A stretch of 64,000 bases of DNA from assembly GCA_021325135.1 (NCBI GenBank), contig JAJPHT010000013.1, positions 32,001-96,000 on the forward strand, given 5' to 3'. This document shows, piece by piece, positions 38,412-47,623 of the stretch. The position numbers and the translations under genes were made by a program. Under the pieces are notes generated by a model. That model was not told where the DNA came from and searched no databases. It was given only the letters and a program-made list of their open reading frames with translations. The DNA comes from Pseudomonadota bacterium (lineage in GTDB: Archaea; Thermoplasmatota; SW-10-69-26; JACQPN01; JAJPHT01). Each line of letters opens with the position of its first letter. Positions within the stretch are counted from its first letter, which is position 1.

Positions 38412-39233
38412 CTACGCGCGCACCACGCGGAACGCGTTTCCGCTGGGGTCGCGCGCGAGAGAGTCCTCCGCGTCAAGGCCCAGCCGCTCGCGAAGCTCCT
38501 CCGCGGCCGCCTTGTCGGGGACCTCCAGCGTGTAGCTGCGCAGGCCCAGCGTGCCCTTGGGGGCCGCGGGCGCGCCGATGCCCTCCCACGCGTTGACGGC
38601 AAGATGGTGGTGATAGCCCCCGGCGCTGAGGAAGGAGGCCATGGGGATCGCGGCCGTGATATCGAAGCCCACCGCGTCGCGGTAGAACTCCTGGGCCTCC
38701 TCGACGTCGCCCACGTTGAGGTGGACGTGGCCCACGGTGGAGCCCTCGGGCATCCGGCTCCAGCGCGAGCCGCCCGCCGCGGCGACGACGGACTCGACGT
38801 CCATGGGGAGGGTGGCCATGTGGAGGCGCGCGTTCTCCCAGCGCCACTGCTCGCGCGGGCGGTCGGCGTACACCTCGATGCCGTGCCCGTCGGGGTCGCC
38901 CAGGTAGATGGCCTCGCTCACGAGGTGGTCCGAGGCGCCCTGGACCGGCGTCCGCTGCTCGGCGATGCGTCGGACGAAGCGCCCCAGGTCCGCGCGCGTC
39001 GGGAGGAGGTACGCGACGTGGTAGAGGCCGCTCACGTGGCGCGGGCGCGGCTTGGCATCGCGCTCCTCCACGAGGCGCACCAGGGGGCGCTCCCCGCCCA
39101 GGCGCGCCTCGTTGCCCCCCTGCGCGAGGAGCCGGAAGCCCAGCGCCCCCTCGTAGTAGCGGATGGAGCGCTCCAGGTCGTGGACGGCGAGGGTGACCTC
39201 GCCCATGCGGGCGTCGGCGGGGAGCTTCGTCAT
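38412..39233 (-). CDS. VOC-family catechol 2,3-dioxygenase-like protein (CatE-like)
   Basis: GLYHVAYLLP, DHLVSEAIYL.DPDG.GIEVY.DRP, GHVHL, GGYHHHLA.N.W. Confidence 0.9.
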   Translation of the reverse strand: MTKLPADARMGEVTLAVHDLERSIRYYEGALGFRLLAQGGNEARLGGERPLVRLVEERDAKPRPRHVSGLYHVAYLLPTRADLGRFVRRIAEQRTPVQGASDHLVSEAIYLGDPDGHGIEVYADRPREQWRWENARLHMATLPMDVESVVAAAGGSRWSRMPEGSTVGHVHLNVGDVEEAQEFYRDAVGFDITAAIPMASFLSAGGYHHHLAVNAWEGIGAPAAPKGTLGLRSYTLEVPDKAAAEELRERLGLDAEDSLARDPSGNAFRVVRA

Positions 39234-39239
39234 GCGATA

Positions 39240-39797
39240 TCACTTGCTTTGGGCGAGCTGGAGGTGCAGCTCGATCTTGACCTTCTCGCTCACGAGGACG
39301 CCGCCCGTCTCCAGGGCCTGGTTCCAGGTGAGGCCCCACTTGGTGCGGTCGATCTGCGTCGTCGCGACGAGGCCCACCTTGTGGTTGCCCCAGGGGTCCT
39401 TGCCTTCGCCGAGCTTCTCGACCTTGAGCGTCACGGGGTGCGTCTCGCCGCGGATGGTGAGGTCGCCATGCAGCGTGAACTCGTCGGCGCCCTCGGGCTC
39501 CACTAGGGTGCTCCGGAAGGTCCACTCGGGGAAGCGCGCCACGTCGAAGAAGTCGGGGCTGCGCAGGTGGTCGTCGCGCTGCCCCATGCCGGTGTGGATG
39601 GTCGCGGGGTCCAGCACGGCCTCGACGCGCGTGGCGCGCGCGTCGCGCGGGTCGAAGACGACGCGGGCGGACCTGATGCCCACCGTGCCCTTGACGGTGG
39701 CGAACATCATGTGGCGGACGGCGAACTCGGCGCGGGAGTGGGCGAGGTCGAGGTCGTAGGTGGCGGGCTGCTGGACGAGGGCCTGGTTCGAGGACAT
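39240..39797 (-). CDS. YceI-family protein
   Basis: D.AHS.AEFAVRHM, RDDHLRSPDFFD, GDLTIRG, DPWG. Confidence 0.92.
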   Translation of the reverse strand: MSSNQALVQQPATYDLDLAHSRAEFAVRHMMFATVKGTVGIRSARVVFDPRDARATRVEAVLDPATIHTGMGQRDDHLRSPDFFDVARFPEWTFRSTLVEPEGADEFTLHGDLTIRGETHPVTLKVEKLGEGKDPWGNHKVGLVATTQIDRTKWGLTWNQALETGGVLVSEKVKIELHLQLAQSK

Positions 39798-39942
39798 GGT
39801 TGTCTCCAGACACCACTATGCTTTCCGAAGCGATATACTCTCAAGTTCGGAGCATCCCAGCAGATTCCAGGGCCCGAAGCTGCTTCAAGGGTGAGGAGCT
39901 TCAAAAGAAAGAGTCTTAAGGCTCCAAAACCTATAGTGGCTC

Positions 39943-40335
39943 ATGCCCCGCCCCAAGGCCCAGCGCCCGGAGCCCGAAGCGCCGTGCAGCGCCGCCCCCG
40001 GCGGCTGCGAGATCGGCGAGCTGTTCCGCGTGCTCGGGAAGACGCACATGCTGGACATCCTCCACCTCTTCCTCCACGAGGAGGGCCCCAAGCGCTTCGT
40101 CGAGGTGCAGCACCGCCTCGCGCTCTCGCCCAACACGCTCACCGAGCGCCTCAAGGAGCTTCAGGCCGTGGGCCTGCTCTCGCGCACGGCCTACAACGAG
40201 ATCCCGCCGCGCGTGGACTACGAGGCCACGCCCAAGGCCATGGACCTGCACCCCGTCTTCGACGCGCTCCAGCAGTGGGCCGCGCGCAACACGCTCACCG
40301 TGGAGAGCCCACCCGCGGCGGCCGAAGCCGCTTGA
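39943..40335 (+). CDS. HxlR-family transcriptional regulator
   Basis: RF..L..TLTERLKEL..GL..R..YNEIPPRVDY; N-terminal Cys; divergent from yceI/VOC. Confidence 0.9.
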   Translation: MPRPKAQRPEPEAPCSAAPGGCEIGELFRVLGKTHMLDILHLFLHEEGPKRFVEVQHRLALSPNTLTERLKELQAVGLLSRTAYNEIPPRVDYEATPKAMDLHPVFDALQQWAARNTLTVESPPAAAEAA

Positions 40336-40344
40336 GGCAGCACG

Positions 40345-40740
40345 ATGCCCCGCGCCACGGAGGGCATGGCCATCGCCGGAGGGCTCCAGATCATCCTGGC
40401 GCTCCTCGCCCTCGCGGCGGCGGCGTATGCTTACGTCGACAGCCTGGGCCCTTGCTCCGGGTGGTTCTGCCTGCACGAGGAGGAGCGCGTCTTCTCCCGG
40501 GTCGCCCTCGGCGCGGCCCTTGGCGCGGCGATCCTGGGCGGGCTCCTGCTCTCGGGCCGCGCGCGCTCCTGGGGCGTCGCGGTGAGCGCGGTCCTGGCCG
40601 CCCTGCTGGCGCTCTTGGGGGTCGCGGTGGGCCTGGGGATGGGCTCGCCGTTCATGCTCTTCGCGTTCTTGGGGGCGGCGGCCGTCTTCGGCCTGACGGC
40701 GCATCTGCTCCTCAAGGAGCGGCGCCAAGGCCTCAGTTGA
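40345..40740 (+). CDS. Four-TM membrane protein
   Basis: Hydrophobic ORF. Confidence 0.55.
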   Translation: MPRATEGMAIAGGLQIILALLALAAAAYAYVDSLGPCSGWFCLHEEERVFSRVALGAALGAAILGGLLLSGRARSWGVAVSAVLAALLALLGVAVGLGMGSPFMLFAFLGAAAVFGLTAHLLLKERRQGLS

Positions 40741-41665
40741 GCCCGAACCCGCCCAGGTCCAGGAGCTTCACCAATTCGCGGGCGCGGTTGCGGATCGTGA
40801 CCTCGGTCACGCCCGAGACCTCGCTCACGCGCTTCTGCGTGCGCGGATGCCCCTGGTCGTGGGAGGCGACGTAGATGGCGCTCGCCGCGAGGCCCGTGGG
40901 GCTGCGGCCGCTGGTGATGCCCTTGGCGTCCGCGTCGGCGAGCATCTTGCGCGCCGCGCCTTCGACCACCGGGGGCAGGTCGAGGTCGCTGGCGAGCCGC
41001 GCGAGGAAGTCCGTCGCGTGGGGCGCGGTGGGCTTCAGGCGCAGCTTGTTCACCAGCACGCGGTGGCAGCGCAGGAGCGTGCGCCGGTCGACGCCGCTGG
41101 CCTCGGCCATCTCGTCGGGGTTGCGCGGGTAGCCGGAGAGGCGGCTCGCGCCGTAGAGCGCGGCGGCGGCCATGGCGTCGATGCTGCGGCCGCGGATGAG
41201 GTCCGCCTCCGTCGCCTTGCGGTAGAGGCGGATGCCCTGCTCGGCGATGGGCTTGGGGATGCTCAGGCGGTCGGCGACGCCCTGGATGTACGTGATGGCC
41301 TTGGCGATGTTGCGGTCCGCGCCCGTGCGGAACGTGGAGCGCGTGTGGAGGCGCCGCATGCGGGCAAGCTCGTAGTGGCGCTTCGCGGGGATGCGCCGGC
41401 CGTGGGCGTCGCGGCTGGAGCGGTTGAACGGCGTGGAGAGGCCGTAGTCGTGGAGCGTCTCGGTGCGGGGCGCGCCCACGCGGACGCCCGACTTGTCGCC
41501 GTCGAAGGCGCGCCAGTCGGGGCCGTAGTCGATCTCGGCCTCGCTGGCGATGAGGCCGCACTTGGGGCACACCGTCTCGGCGTGCTGGCTGTCGCGGACA
41601 AGGACGGTGCCGCACTCCGCGCAGCGGTCCTCGCGCGTCTCATTGAGCTTCTTCATGGGCGTCAT
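40733..41665 (-). CDS. tfb: Transcription initiation factor IIB
   Basis: CAEC..CPKCG ribbon, GPDWRAF..RVGAP, two cyclin repeats, GVTEVTIRNR. Confidence 0.93.
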   Translation of the reverse strand: MTPMKKLNETREDRCAECGTVLVRDSQHAETVCPKCGLIASEAEIDYGPDWRAFDGDKSGVRVGAPRTETLHDYGLSTPFNRSSRDAHGRRIPAKRHYELARMRRLHTRSTFRTGADRNIAKAITYIQGVADRLSIPKPIAEQGIRLYRKATEADLIRGRSIDAMAAAALYGASRLSGYPRNPDEMAEASGVDRRTLLRCHRVLVNKLRLKPTAPHATDFLARLASDLDLPPVVEGAARKMLADADAKGITSGRSPTGLAASAIYVASHDQGHPRTQKRVSEVSGVTEVTIRNRARELVKLLDLGGFGLN

Positions 41666-41744
41666 AATCGGTCGAAGAGGGGGCGCTCGCTGGGGTCTCT
41701 CGACTCCCCAAACGCCATTGGCGTCTCCACTTGTGTTGCGTTTC

Positions 41745-41752
41745 TATATAAA
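41745..41752. promoter_or_regulatory. TATA box (TATATAAA / TTTATATA)
   Basis: Strong AT-only box between tfb and the structured region; direction ambiguous. Confidence 0.65.
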
Positions 41753-41776
41753 GACGCGGTTACTGACGACGACTAC

Positions 41777-41992
41777 GGACCCGCAGGGGCGCAGGCCGCG
41801 AAGGGGCAATTCCCAGGCGAGACACCCCTTGTCATGGCCTCGTAGCGGGGGCTCGCCTCTTGCTCTCTCCGGAAGGAGTAGGAAACCCCATCCGAGGGCC
41901 CGCGACGCGAGGGGGCAAGGGGGCGGCGCGCGCCCCCGACGCGGGCCTGGCGGCATCGGCCCGCGCATCGCGGCAAGGCGCTTCGCGGGTCC
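41777..41992 (+). ncRNA. Candidate structured RNA
   Basis: Terminal stem GGACCCGC-a-GGGGCGC / GCGCTTC-GCGGGTCC closes several internal stems, including a GGAA tetraloop. Confidence 0.35.
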
Positions 41993-42029
41993 AACAATCT
42001 TTATGGCTCTCGTCCGGGAGTGGCCGCCC

Positions 42030-43547
42030 ATGCGCCTGCCCGTCCCGCTCCTTGTCGTCCTGGTCCTCGGCATCGCCGGGTGCGTCACGCCCACCGCGAC
42101 GCCTCCGTCGGGCGGAACCACCGCAGCGTCGCTGAACGGCTGGTCCATCGACTGCGCGACCGGCGCCGCGTCGCACGCGAAGAACGCCTCTTGGGCGCAG
42201 ACCTGCGAGGCGCGCGGCAGCACCACGCCCGGCCAGAAGCAGGAGACGTGGATCGCGATCAACCCGAAGGACCCCAACAACGTGGTCGTCGGCGCCAAGG
42301 ACCTCAACCCCGAGAGCAGCGCGCAGTGCGTCTGGAACGGCCTCGCGGTCACGCACGACGGCGGCAAGACCTGGAAGGACGTCGTCATCGGCGGCAAGTA
42401 CGCCGACCGCGACCCCACGAGCCCCTACTACGGCTACGCCTGCAACACCGACCCCGACTTCCAGTTCACCTCGGATGGCGCGCTGCACTACGGCGTCGAG
42501 ATGTACGGCTTCGGCTCCAAGGACGCCAACGGCCTCCTGGGCGGCACGCCCGCGGCGGGCCTCGCGGACGGCTTCAAGATCCTCCTCGCCACGAGCCACG
42601 ACGGCGGCGACACGTGGCCCGACGTGATCACCTACCAGCCTGACATCCTCGTCACCACCGACTACAGCCGCATGACCATCGACCCCGTCTCCCAGGCCAT
42701 CATCGAGGCCATCGGCAGCGACGGCGGCGGCCGCTGCCACGTCCTGGTCTCCAAGGACGGCGGCAAGACCGCGCAGCCCGTCGTCGAGGTGCAGACGCCC
42801 GATGGCGCGCCGTGCAACTCCGGCGCCGGCACCGCCATCGCGGTCTCCCCCAAGGGCGTCGTCACCCTCATCGGCGGCCAGGTGGGCTCGCAGGGTGACC
42901 CCGTGGGCGCCACGGGCGGCGGCGGCACGGACGCGCAGCCCATCGTCGTGCGCTCCACCGACGACGGCATGACGTGGCTCGACGAGAACCCCGGCTTCAA
43001 GTTCAAGCCCATCGCGCCCTTCAAGGAGAGCAAGTACCGCGTGGGCAGCGTCGTCGAGCTGGCCTACGACCTCACCTCGGGCCCGAACAAGGGCACGCTC
43101 TACGCATCCTACGCCGCGGCGGACCGCGACGAGGCCGACATCTTCGTGCGCTCCAGCAAGGACGACGGCAAGACGTGGAGCGACCCCGTGCTCGTCAACG
43201 ACGACGGCCCCGGCCCCCACCAGTGGATGAGCAACGTCGCGGTCGCGGGCGACGGCAGCGTCCACGTCTTCTTCTTCGACAAGCGCTACGACCCCAACCA
43301 CGTGCTCATCGACCTCGTGCACGCGGTGAGCTTCGACGGCGGCAAGACCTGGGCCAACGAGCGCGTCAGCAGCGTGAGCTTCGATGGCAACCTCGGCAAG
43401 CACCAGGAGGGCTTCCCCTTCATCGGCGACTACATCGGCGTCGCCTGCCTGAAGGACGACTGCTGGGCCGGCTTCCCCGACGCGAGCAACGGCGAGACGA
43501 CCGTCATCGCGGCCGCGCACGTCCACCGCACCAACAGCACGGCGTGA
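42030..43547 (+). CDS. Asp-box (sialidase-like) lipoprotein, paralogue 1
   Basis: IAGC lipobox; ETWIAINP, S.DGG.TW repeats, FIGDY. Confidence 0.85.
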   Translation: MRLPVPLLVVLVLGIAGCVTPTATPPSGGTTAASLNGWSIDCATGAASHAKNASWAQTCEARGSTTPGQKQETWIAINPKDPNNVVVGAKDLNPESSAQCVWNGLAVTHDGGKTWKDVVIGGKYADRDPTSPYYGYACNTDPDFQFTSDGALHYGVEMYGFGSKDANGLLGGTPAAGLADGFKILLATSHDGGDTWPDVITYQPDILVTTDYSRMTIDPVSQAIIEAIGSDGGGRCHVLVSKDGGKTAQPVVEVQTPDGAPCNSGAGTAIAVSPKGVVTLIGGQVGSQGDPVGATGGGGTDAQPIVVRSTDDGMTWLDENPGFKFKPIAPFKESKYRVGSVVELAYDLTSGPNKGTLYASYAAADRDEADIFVRSSKDDGKTWSDPVLVNDDGPGPHQWMSNVAVAGDGSVHVFFFDKRYDPNHVLIDLVHAVSFDGGKTWANERVSSVSFDGNLGKHQEGFPFIGDYIGVACLKDDCWAGFPDASNGETTVIAAAHVHRTNSTA

Positions 43548-43551
43548 GAGC

Positions 43552-45027
43552 ATGCGCGCCGCGGCCGCCCTCGCCCTCGCGCTGCTCGCGGCGGGCTGCC
43601 TCTCGTCGGGCCCCAGCGCCCCCGCCAGCGTCGGCGCGGGCGCGCCAGGCCCCGGCGGCTGGACGCTGGACTGCGCGCAGGGCGCCTACTCGCGCGCCAT
43701 CAACGCCTCGTGGGACCAGGCGTGCGAGGCGCGCGCCAGCCACAACCCGGGCCCCAAGGAGGAGACCTGGATCGCCATCAACCCCACCGACCCCGACAAC
43801 GTCGTCGTGGGCGCCAAGGACCTCGACCCCTCCTCCAGCGACCACTGCGTCTGGAACGGCGTCTTCGTGACGCACGATGGCGGCAAGACGTGGAAGGACG
43901 TCGTCATCGGCGGGAAGTTCGCGGACCGCAAGCCCGACAGCCCGTTCTACGGCTACGCGTGCAACACGGACCCCGACTTCCAGTTCACCAAGGACGGCGC
44001 GCTGCACTACGGCGTCGAGATGTACCAGCCTGAAGGCATCGCGCTCCCCGACGGCCCGGTCATCCCCGCCCCGGCGCCCGGCGCCGCGACGCAGGGCTTC
44101 AAGATCCTCCTCGCGACGAGCCACGACGGCGGCGACACCTGGCCCGACGTCATCACGTTCCAGCCCGACCTCGGCTTCACCAGCGACTACAGCCGCATGG
44201 TGGTGAGCCCCACGACGGGAACGATCCTGGAGGCCATCGGCAGCGACGGCGGCGCGGGCTGCCACGTGCTGCGCTCCACGGACGGCGGCAAGAGCGCCGA
44301 CTTCCGCCCCGTCGCCACCAAGGACGGCGTGCCGTGCGGCTCCAGCGGCGACACCGCCATCGCCGTCTCCCCCAACGGCGTCGTCGTGATCGTCGGCGGC
44401 ATCGGCACCGCGGCCGCCACCGGCAACGTGCGCGTCGTCGCGCGCTCCACCGACGATGGCGCGACGTGGACGGACTCCAACGCGGGCTTCGCCTACAGGG
44501 ACATCCCCGCATTCAAGGAGAGCCAGTACCGCGTGGGCAGCAACTTCGAGTTGGCCTATGACCTCACCGACGGGCCGCACAAGGGCACGCTCTACGTCGC
44601 GTATGCCTCCGCGGACCGCGACGAGGCCGACGTCTACGTGCGCTCCTCCACGGACGACGGCAGGACCTGGAGCCCGCCCGTGCTGGTCAACGACGACGCC
44701 AGCGGCCCGCACCAGTGGATGCCCAACGTCGCGGTCGCGGGCGACGGCAGCGTCCACGTCTTCTACATGGACAAGCGCCACGACCCCAACCACAAGCTCA
44801 TCGACATGACGCACGCCGTGAGCCTCGACGGGGGCAAGACGTGGACCAACGAGCGCGTCTCCACCGTGCCCTACGACGGCGACCTGGGCCGCCACCAGGA
44901 CGGCTACGCCTTCATCGGCGACTACCTGGGCGTCGCGTGCTCCAAGGCCGACTGCTGGGCGGGCTTCCCCGACGCGAGCGACGGCGCGACGACGGTGGTC
45001 GCGGCGGCGCACGTCCACAAGGCCTGA
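43552..45027 (+). CDS. Asp-box (sialidase-like) lipoprotein, paralogue 2
   Basis: LAAGC; highly similar to paralogue 1. Confidence 0.85.
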   Translation: MRAAAALALALLAAGCLSSGPSAPASVGAGAPGPGGWTLDCAQGAYSRAINASWDQACEARASHNPGPKEETWIAINPTDPDNVVVGAKDLDPSSSDHCVWNGVFVTHDGGKTWKDVVIGGKFADRKPDSPFYGYACNTDPDFQFTKDGALHYGVEMYQPEGIALPDGPVIPAPAPGAATQGFKILLATSHDGGDTWPDVITFQPDLGFTSDYSRMVVSPTTGTILEAIGSDGGAGCHVLRSTDGGKSADFRPVATKDGVPCGSSGDTAIAVSPNGVVVIVGGIGTAAATGNVRVVARSTDDGATWTDSNAGFAYRDIPAFKESQYRVGSNFELAYDLTDGPHKGTLYVAYASADRDEADVYVRSSTDDGRTWSPPVLVNDDASGPHQWMPNVAVAGDGSVHVFYMDKRHDPNHKLIDMTHAVSLDGGKTWTNERVSTVPYDGDLGRHQDGYAFIGDYLGVACSKADCWAGFPDASDGATTVVAAAHVHKA

Positions 45028-46442
45028 TGCGCATGAGGATCGCGCCGCTCCTCGTCCTCGCCCTCCTGGCCGCCGGATGCGCGGGCCCCGCCGCGCAGCG
45101 GGCCCAGGACGGCGCCTCGGCCCCCGGCGCGTGGACGCTGGACTGTACCCTAGGCGCGCACGGCGTCAACGCCTCGGGCTGGGCGCAGCGCTGCCTCGCC
45201 AAGGTGAGCGATTCGCCGCGCACCAAGGCCGAGACGTGGATCGCCGTGAGCCCCAAGGACCCGGCCATCATCGTCGCGGGCGTCAAGGACATGGACCCCG
45301 CCAAGAGCAACGCGTGCGTCTGGGTGAGCTACTACGCGACCACCGACGGCGGCGCGACGTGGCGTGATATCACCCCCGACGGCAAGTACGCCGACCGCAA
45401 GCCCACCGACGACGCGTTCGGCTGGGCGTGCAACACGGACCCCATGATGGCCTTCACGTCCGACGGCATGCTCCACGTCATCGTCGAGAAGTACGCGCTG
45501 GGCAAGAGCGTCAACACGCTCCTCTCCGCGGGGACGCGCTTCGACCTCTACACCTCCCCCGACGCGGGGAGGACGTGGCCCGTCCGCGCGCTCCTCGTGG
45601 CCGGCGACGGGCTCGCCTTCGGGCCGGACTACACGCGCATGGTCGCGAGCCCCAAGACCGGCACCCTCGTCACCTCGTTCATCGACTTCACCGGCGGCGA
45701 GCGCTGCTACGTCGTCGCGGCGCGCGACGGCGGCAAGACCGTGGACAAGCCCATCGCGATCCCCACCCCGGGCTCCATCGGCTGCCAGGTGGCCGCCGTC
45801 AGCGACGAGGGCGTCTTCACCGTGGGCGGCATCTACGGCGCGGCGCCCGCCACGCCCGGCACGACCTATTTTGCCATCAGCACCGACGACGCCCAGAGCT
45901 TCTCCGCGCCCCTGGCCGGCTTCGCGTTCTCGCCTGCCCAGTCCACCTTCCCGGGCCACCAGGCGTACACGGGCACCGGCCTGGAGCTTCGCGCCGCCCT
46001 CGCGGGGCCGCACAAGGGCGCGCTCTACGCGACCTCCAACGAGATGCAGGAGGGCCAGCTCGTCGCGAAGCTCCGCAAGAGCCTGGACCACGGCAAGACG
46101 TGGAGCGCCCCCCTCCGCATCGGCGACGCGACCGGCGTCGGCCTCGTGGACCTCGCCGTCGCCGACGACGGCTCGCTCCACGCCTTCTACCTCCGCGAAG
46201 GGCCCGACAAGCTCGTCTTCGTCGAGCACGCCTGGAGCCTCGACGACGGCCTCACCTGGCGCGCGGAGCGCGTCTCCGACAAGGCCTACGACCCCGACAC
46301 GGGGCGCCACCAGGACGGGGGCGTCTGGTTCGGCGACTACGTGGGCGTCACCTCCGAGGGGCGCGACGTGTGGGCCGCGTTCCCCGATTCGAGCCTCGGG
46401 GGCGAGCCCGTGCTGGCGGTGGCGCACGCGCACCGTGCGTAA
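45027..46442 (+). CDS. Asp-box (sialidase-like) lipoprotein, paralogue 3
   Basis: TGATG overlap; LAAGC; ETWIAVSP, CNTDP, FGDY. Confidence 0.85.
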   Translation: MRMRIAPLLVLALLAAGCAGPAAQRAQDGASAPGAWTLDCTLGAHGVNASGWAQRCLAKVSDSPRTKAETWIAVSPKDPAIIVAGVKDMDPAKSNACVWVSYYATTDGGATWRDITPDGKYADRKPTDDAFGWACNTDPMMAFTSDGMLHVIVEKYALGKSVNTLLSAGTRFDLYTSPDAGRTWPVRALLVAGDGLAFGPDYTRMVASPKTGTLVTSFIDFTGGERCYVVAARDGGKTVDKPIAIPTPGSIGCQVAAVSDEGVFTVGGIYGAAPATPGTTYFAISTDDAQSFSAPLAGFAFSPAQSTFPGHQAYTGTGLELRAALAGPHKGALYATSNEMQEGQLVAKLRKSLDHGKTWSAPLRIGDATGVGLVDLAVADDGSLHAFYLREGPDKLVFVEHAWSLDDGLTWRAERVSDKAYDPDTGRHQDGGVWFGDYVGVTSEGRDVWAAFPDSSLGGEPVLAVAHAHRA

Positions 46443-46519
46443 GCCGCGGAACCGAGGCGCCAGACGGAAGACCATCTGCCAGTTCGCTTATACGAAAGGC
46501 GCGTTGCTAACGCCACTCG

Positions 46520-47623
46520 ATGGCTATCCGGACCGCGCTTGTGCCTTGCCTTTTGGCGCCATTCCTCCTGTTTTCGGCTGCAGGAGACGCGGCTCACGGG
46601 CCCACCCTGGAGATCGAGGGACCGACCCACGCCCCGCTGCTGGTCAACTTCACGAATAACTCATCCTCCAACGTCCAGTTCGGAGGCGATTTCAGCCTCG
46701 TGGTCCGGAACGCGGATCTCCGTGGAGACCCAAGTCTCCGCGTCTTCGCGGGAACCCTCGATTCGAATGGGGCCTACATCGACGCGACGGTGCTGAACGT
46801 ATCCGACTCGGTTCAAGAGTGGATGATCCAGCGGGTGTGGAAGATCAACTTCGACGCGCCCAGCCAGCCCTTCACGCAAGTGCTGTTCGGCGCGGGCGTC
46901 GGGAAGGAGCCCACCGTCCAGGCCGTCGCCACGGGATTCGTCTACGTCGACCCAAGCCACTCGGGCGATGCGCCCAGCTACGGGTTCCGCTTGAGCACGG
47001 GTCCGCTCCCCGACGAGCCAAAAGCCGCACCCGCCGATCCGCCAAGCGGATCGGACCCCCGCGGCCCCGCCGTCTTGGAGGTCGTTGCCCTGACGGGCGT
47101 CGTCGCGATCAGCCTCGCGGTTTTCGGGTGGCCGCGACGCAATCGCGGCCTCGTCCTCTTGGGCACCATTCCCTTCCAACGGCGGGAGCAAGCGAAGAAA
47201 GAAATGCTGATGAACGACAACCGGCGGCGGCTCTACGAGGCCATCCACGAGGCGCCTCGCGCCAGGATGGCCGAGCTCATGGCGCGCACAGAACTCGCTG
47301 AAGGCGTCCTTCGCCACCATCTTCTCGTGCTCCGCCGCGCAGGGTTTGTCCTGAGGGTGACCGAGGATGGCGTCCATCATTACGTGCTTCCCGAGGACCA
47401 GCATCTGGTGCCAAGCAATCCGCCCAAGAAGCCCGGGATTCGGGAGATCATCCGGAGCATCGTCGAGCGCGAAGGCGCGCCTTCGGCCAAGGAGATCGCT
47501 CGTCGATGCGGCCGCTCGCCCCGGGCCGTTCGCGATCATCTCCACAAGCTGGAGGACGATCGCGTCGTCGAGGGCACCTACGTCTCGCGGGAGAAGCAGT
47601 GGCGATGGAGCCTTAGAGAATAG
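46520..47623 (+). CDS. Membrane-spanning regulator: extracellular domain, TM, two cytoplasmic wHTH domains
   Basis: Signal peptide, TM + RRNR, RRRLYEAI..LRHHL.VL, AKEIARRCG....VRDHL.KL; atypical codons. Confidence 0.7.
   Translation: MAIRTALVPCLLAPFLLFSAAGDAAHGPTLEIEGPTHAPLLVNFTNNSSSNVQFGGDFSLVVRNADLRGDPSLRVFAGTLDSNGAYIDATVLNVSDSVQEWMIQRVWKINFDAPSQPFTQVLFGAGVGKEPTVQAVATGFVYVDPSHSGDAPSYGFRLSTGPLPDEPKAAPADPPSGSDPRGPAVLEVVALTGVVAISLAVFGWPRRNRGLVLLGTIPFQRREQAKKEMLMNDNRRRLYEAIHEAPRARMAELMARTELAEGVLRHHLLVLRRAGFVLRVTEDGVHHYVLPEDQHLVPSNPPKKPGIREIIRSIVEREGAPSAKEIARRCGRSPRAVRDHLHKLEDDRVVEGTYVSREKQWRWSLRE

Noticed and set aside
41860-41900. CC-GGAA-GG-AG resembling SRP RNA helix 8, and GGAAAC resembling RNase P CR-I
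   Set aside because: The flanking conserved residues (CAGG..AGCA; GAGGAA..UCC and CR-V) are missing; kept only as an unknown RNA candidate.
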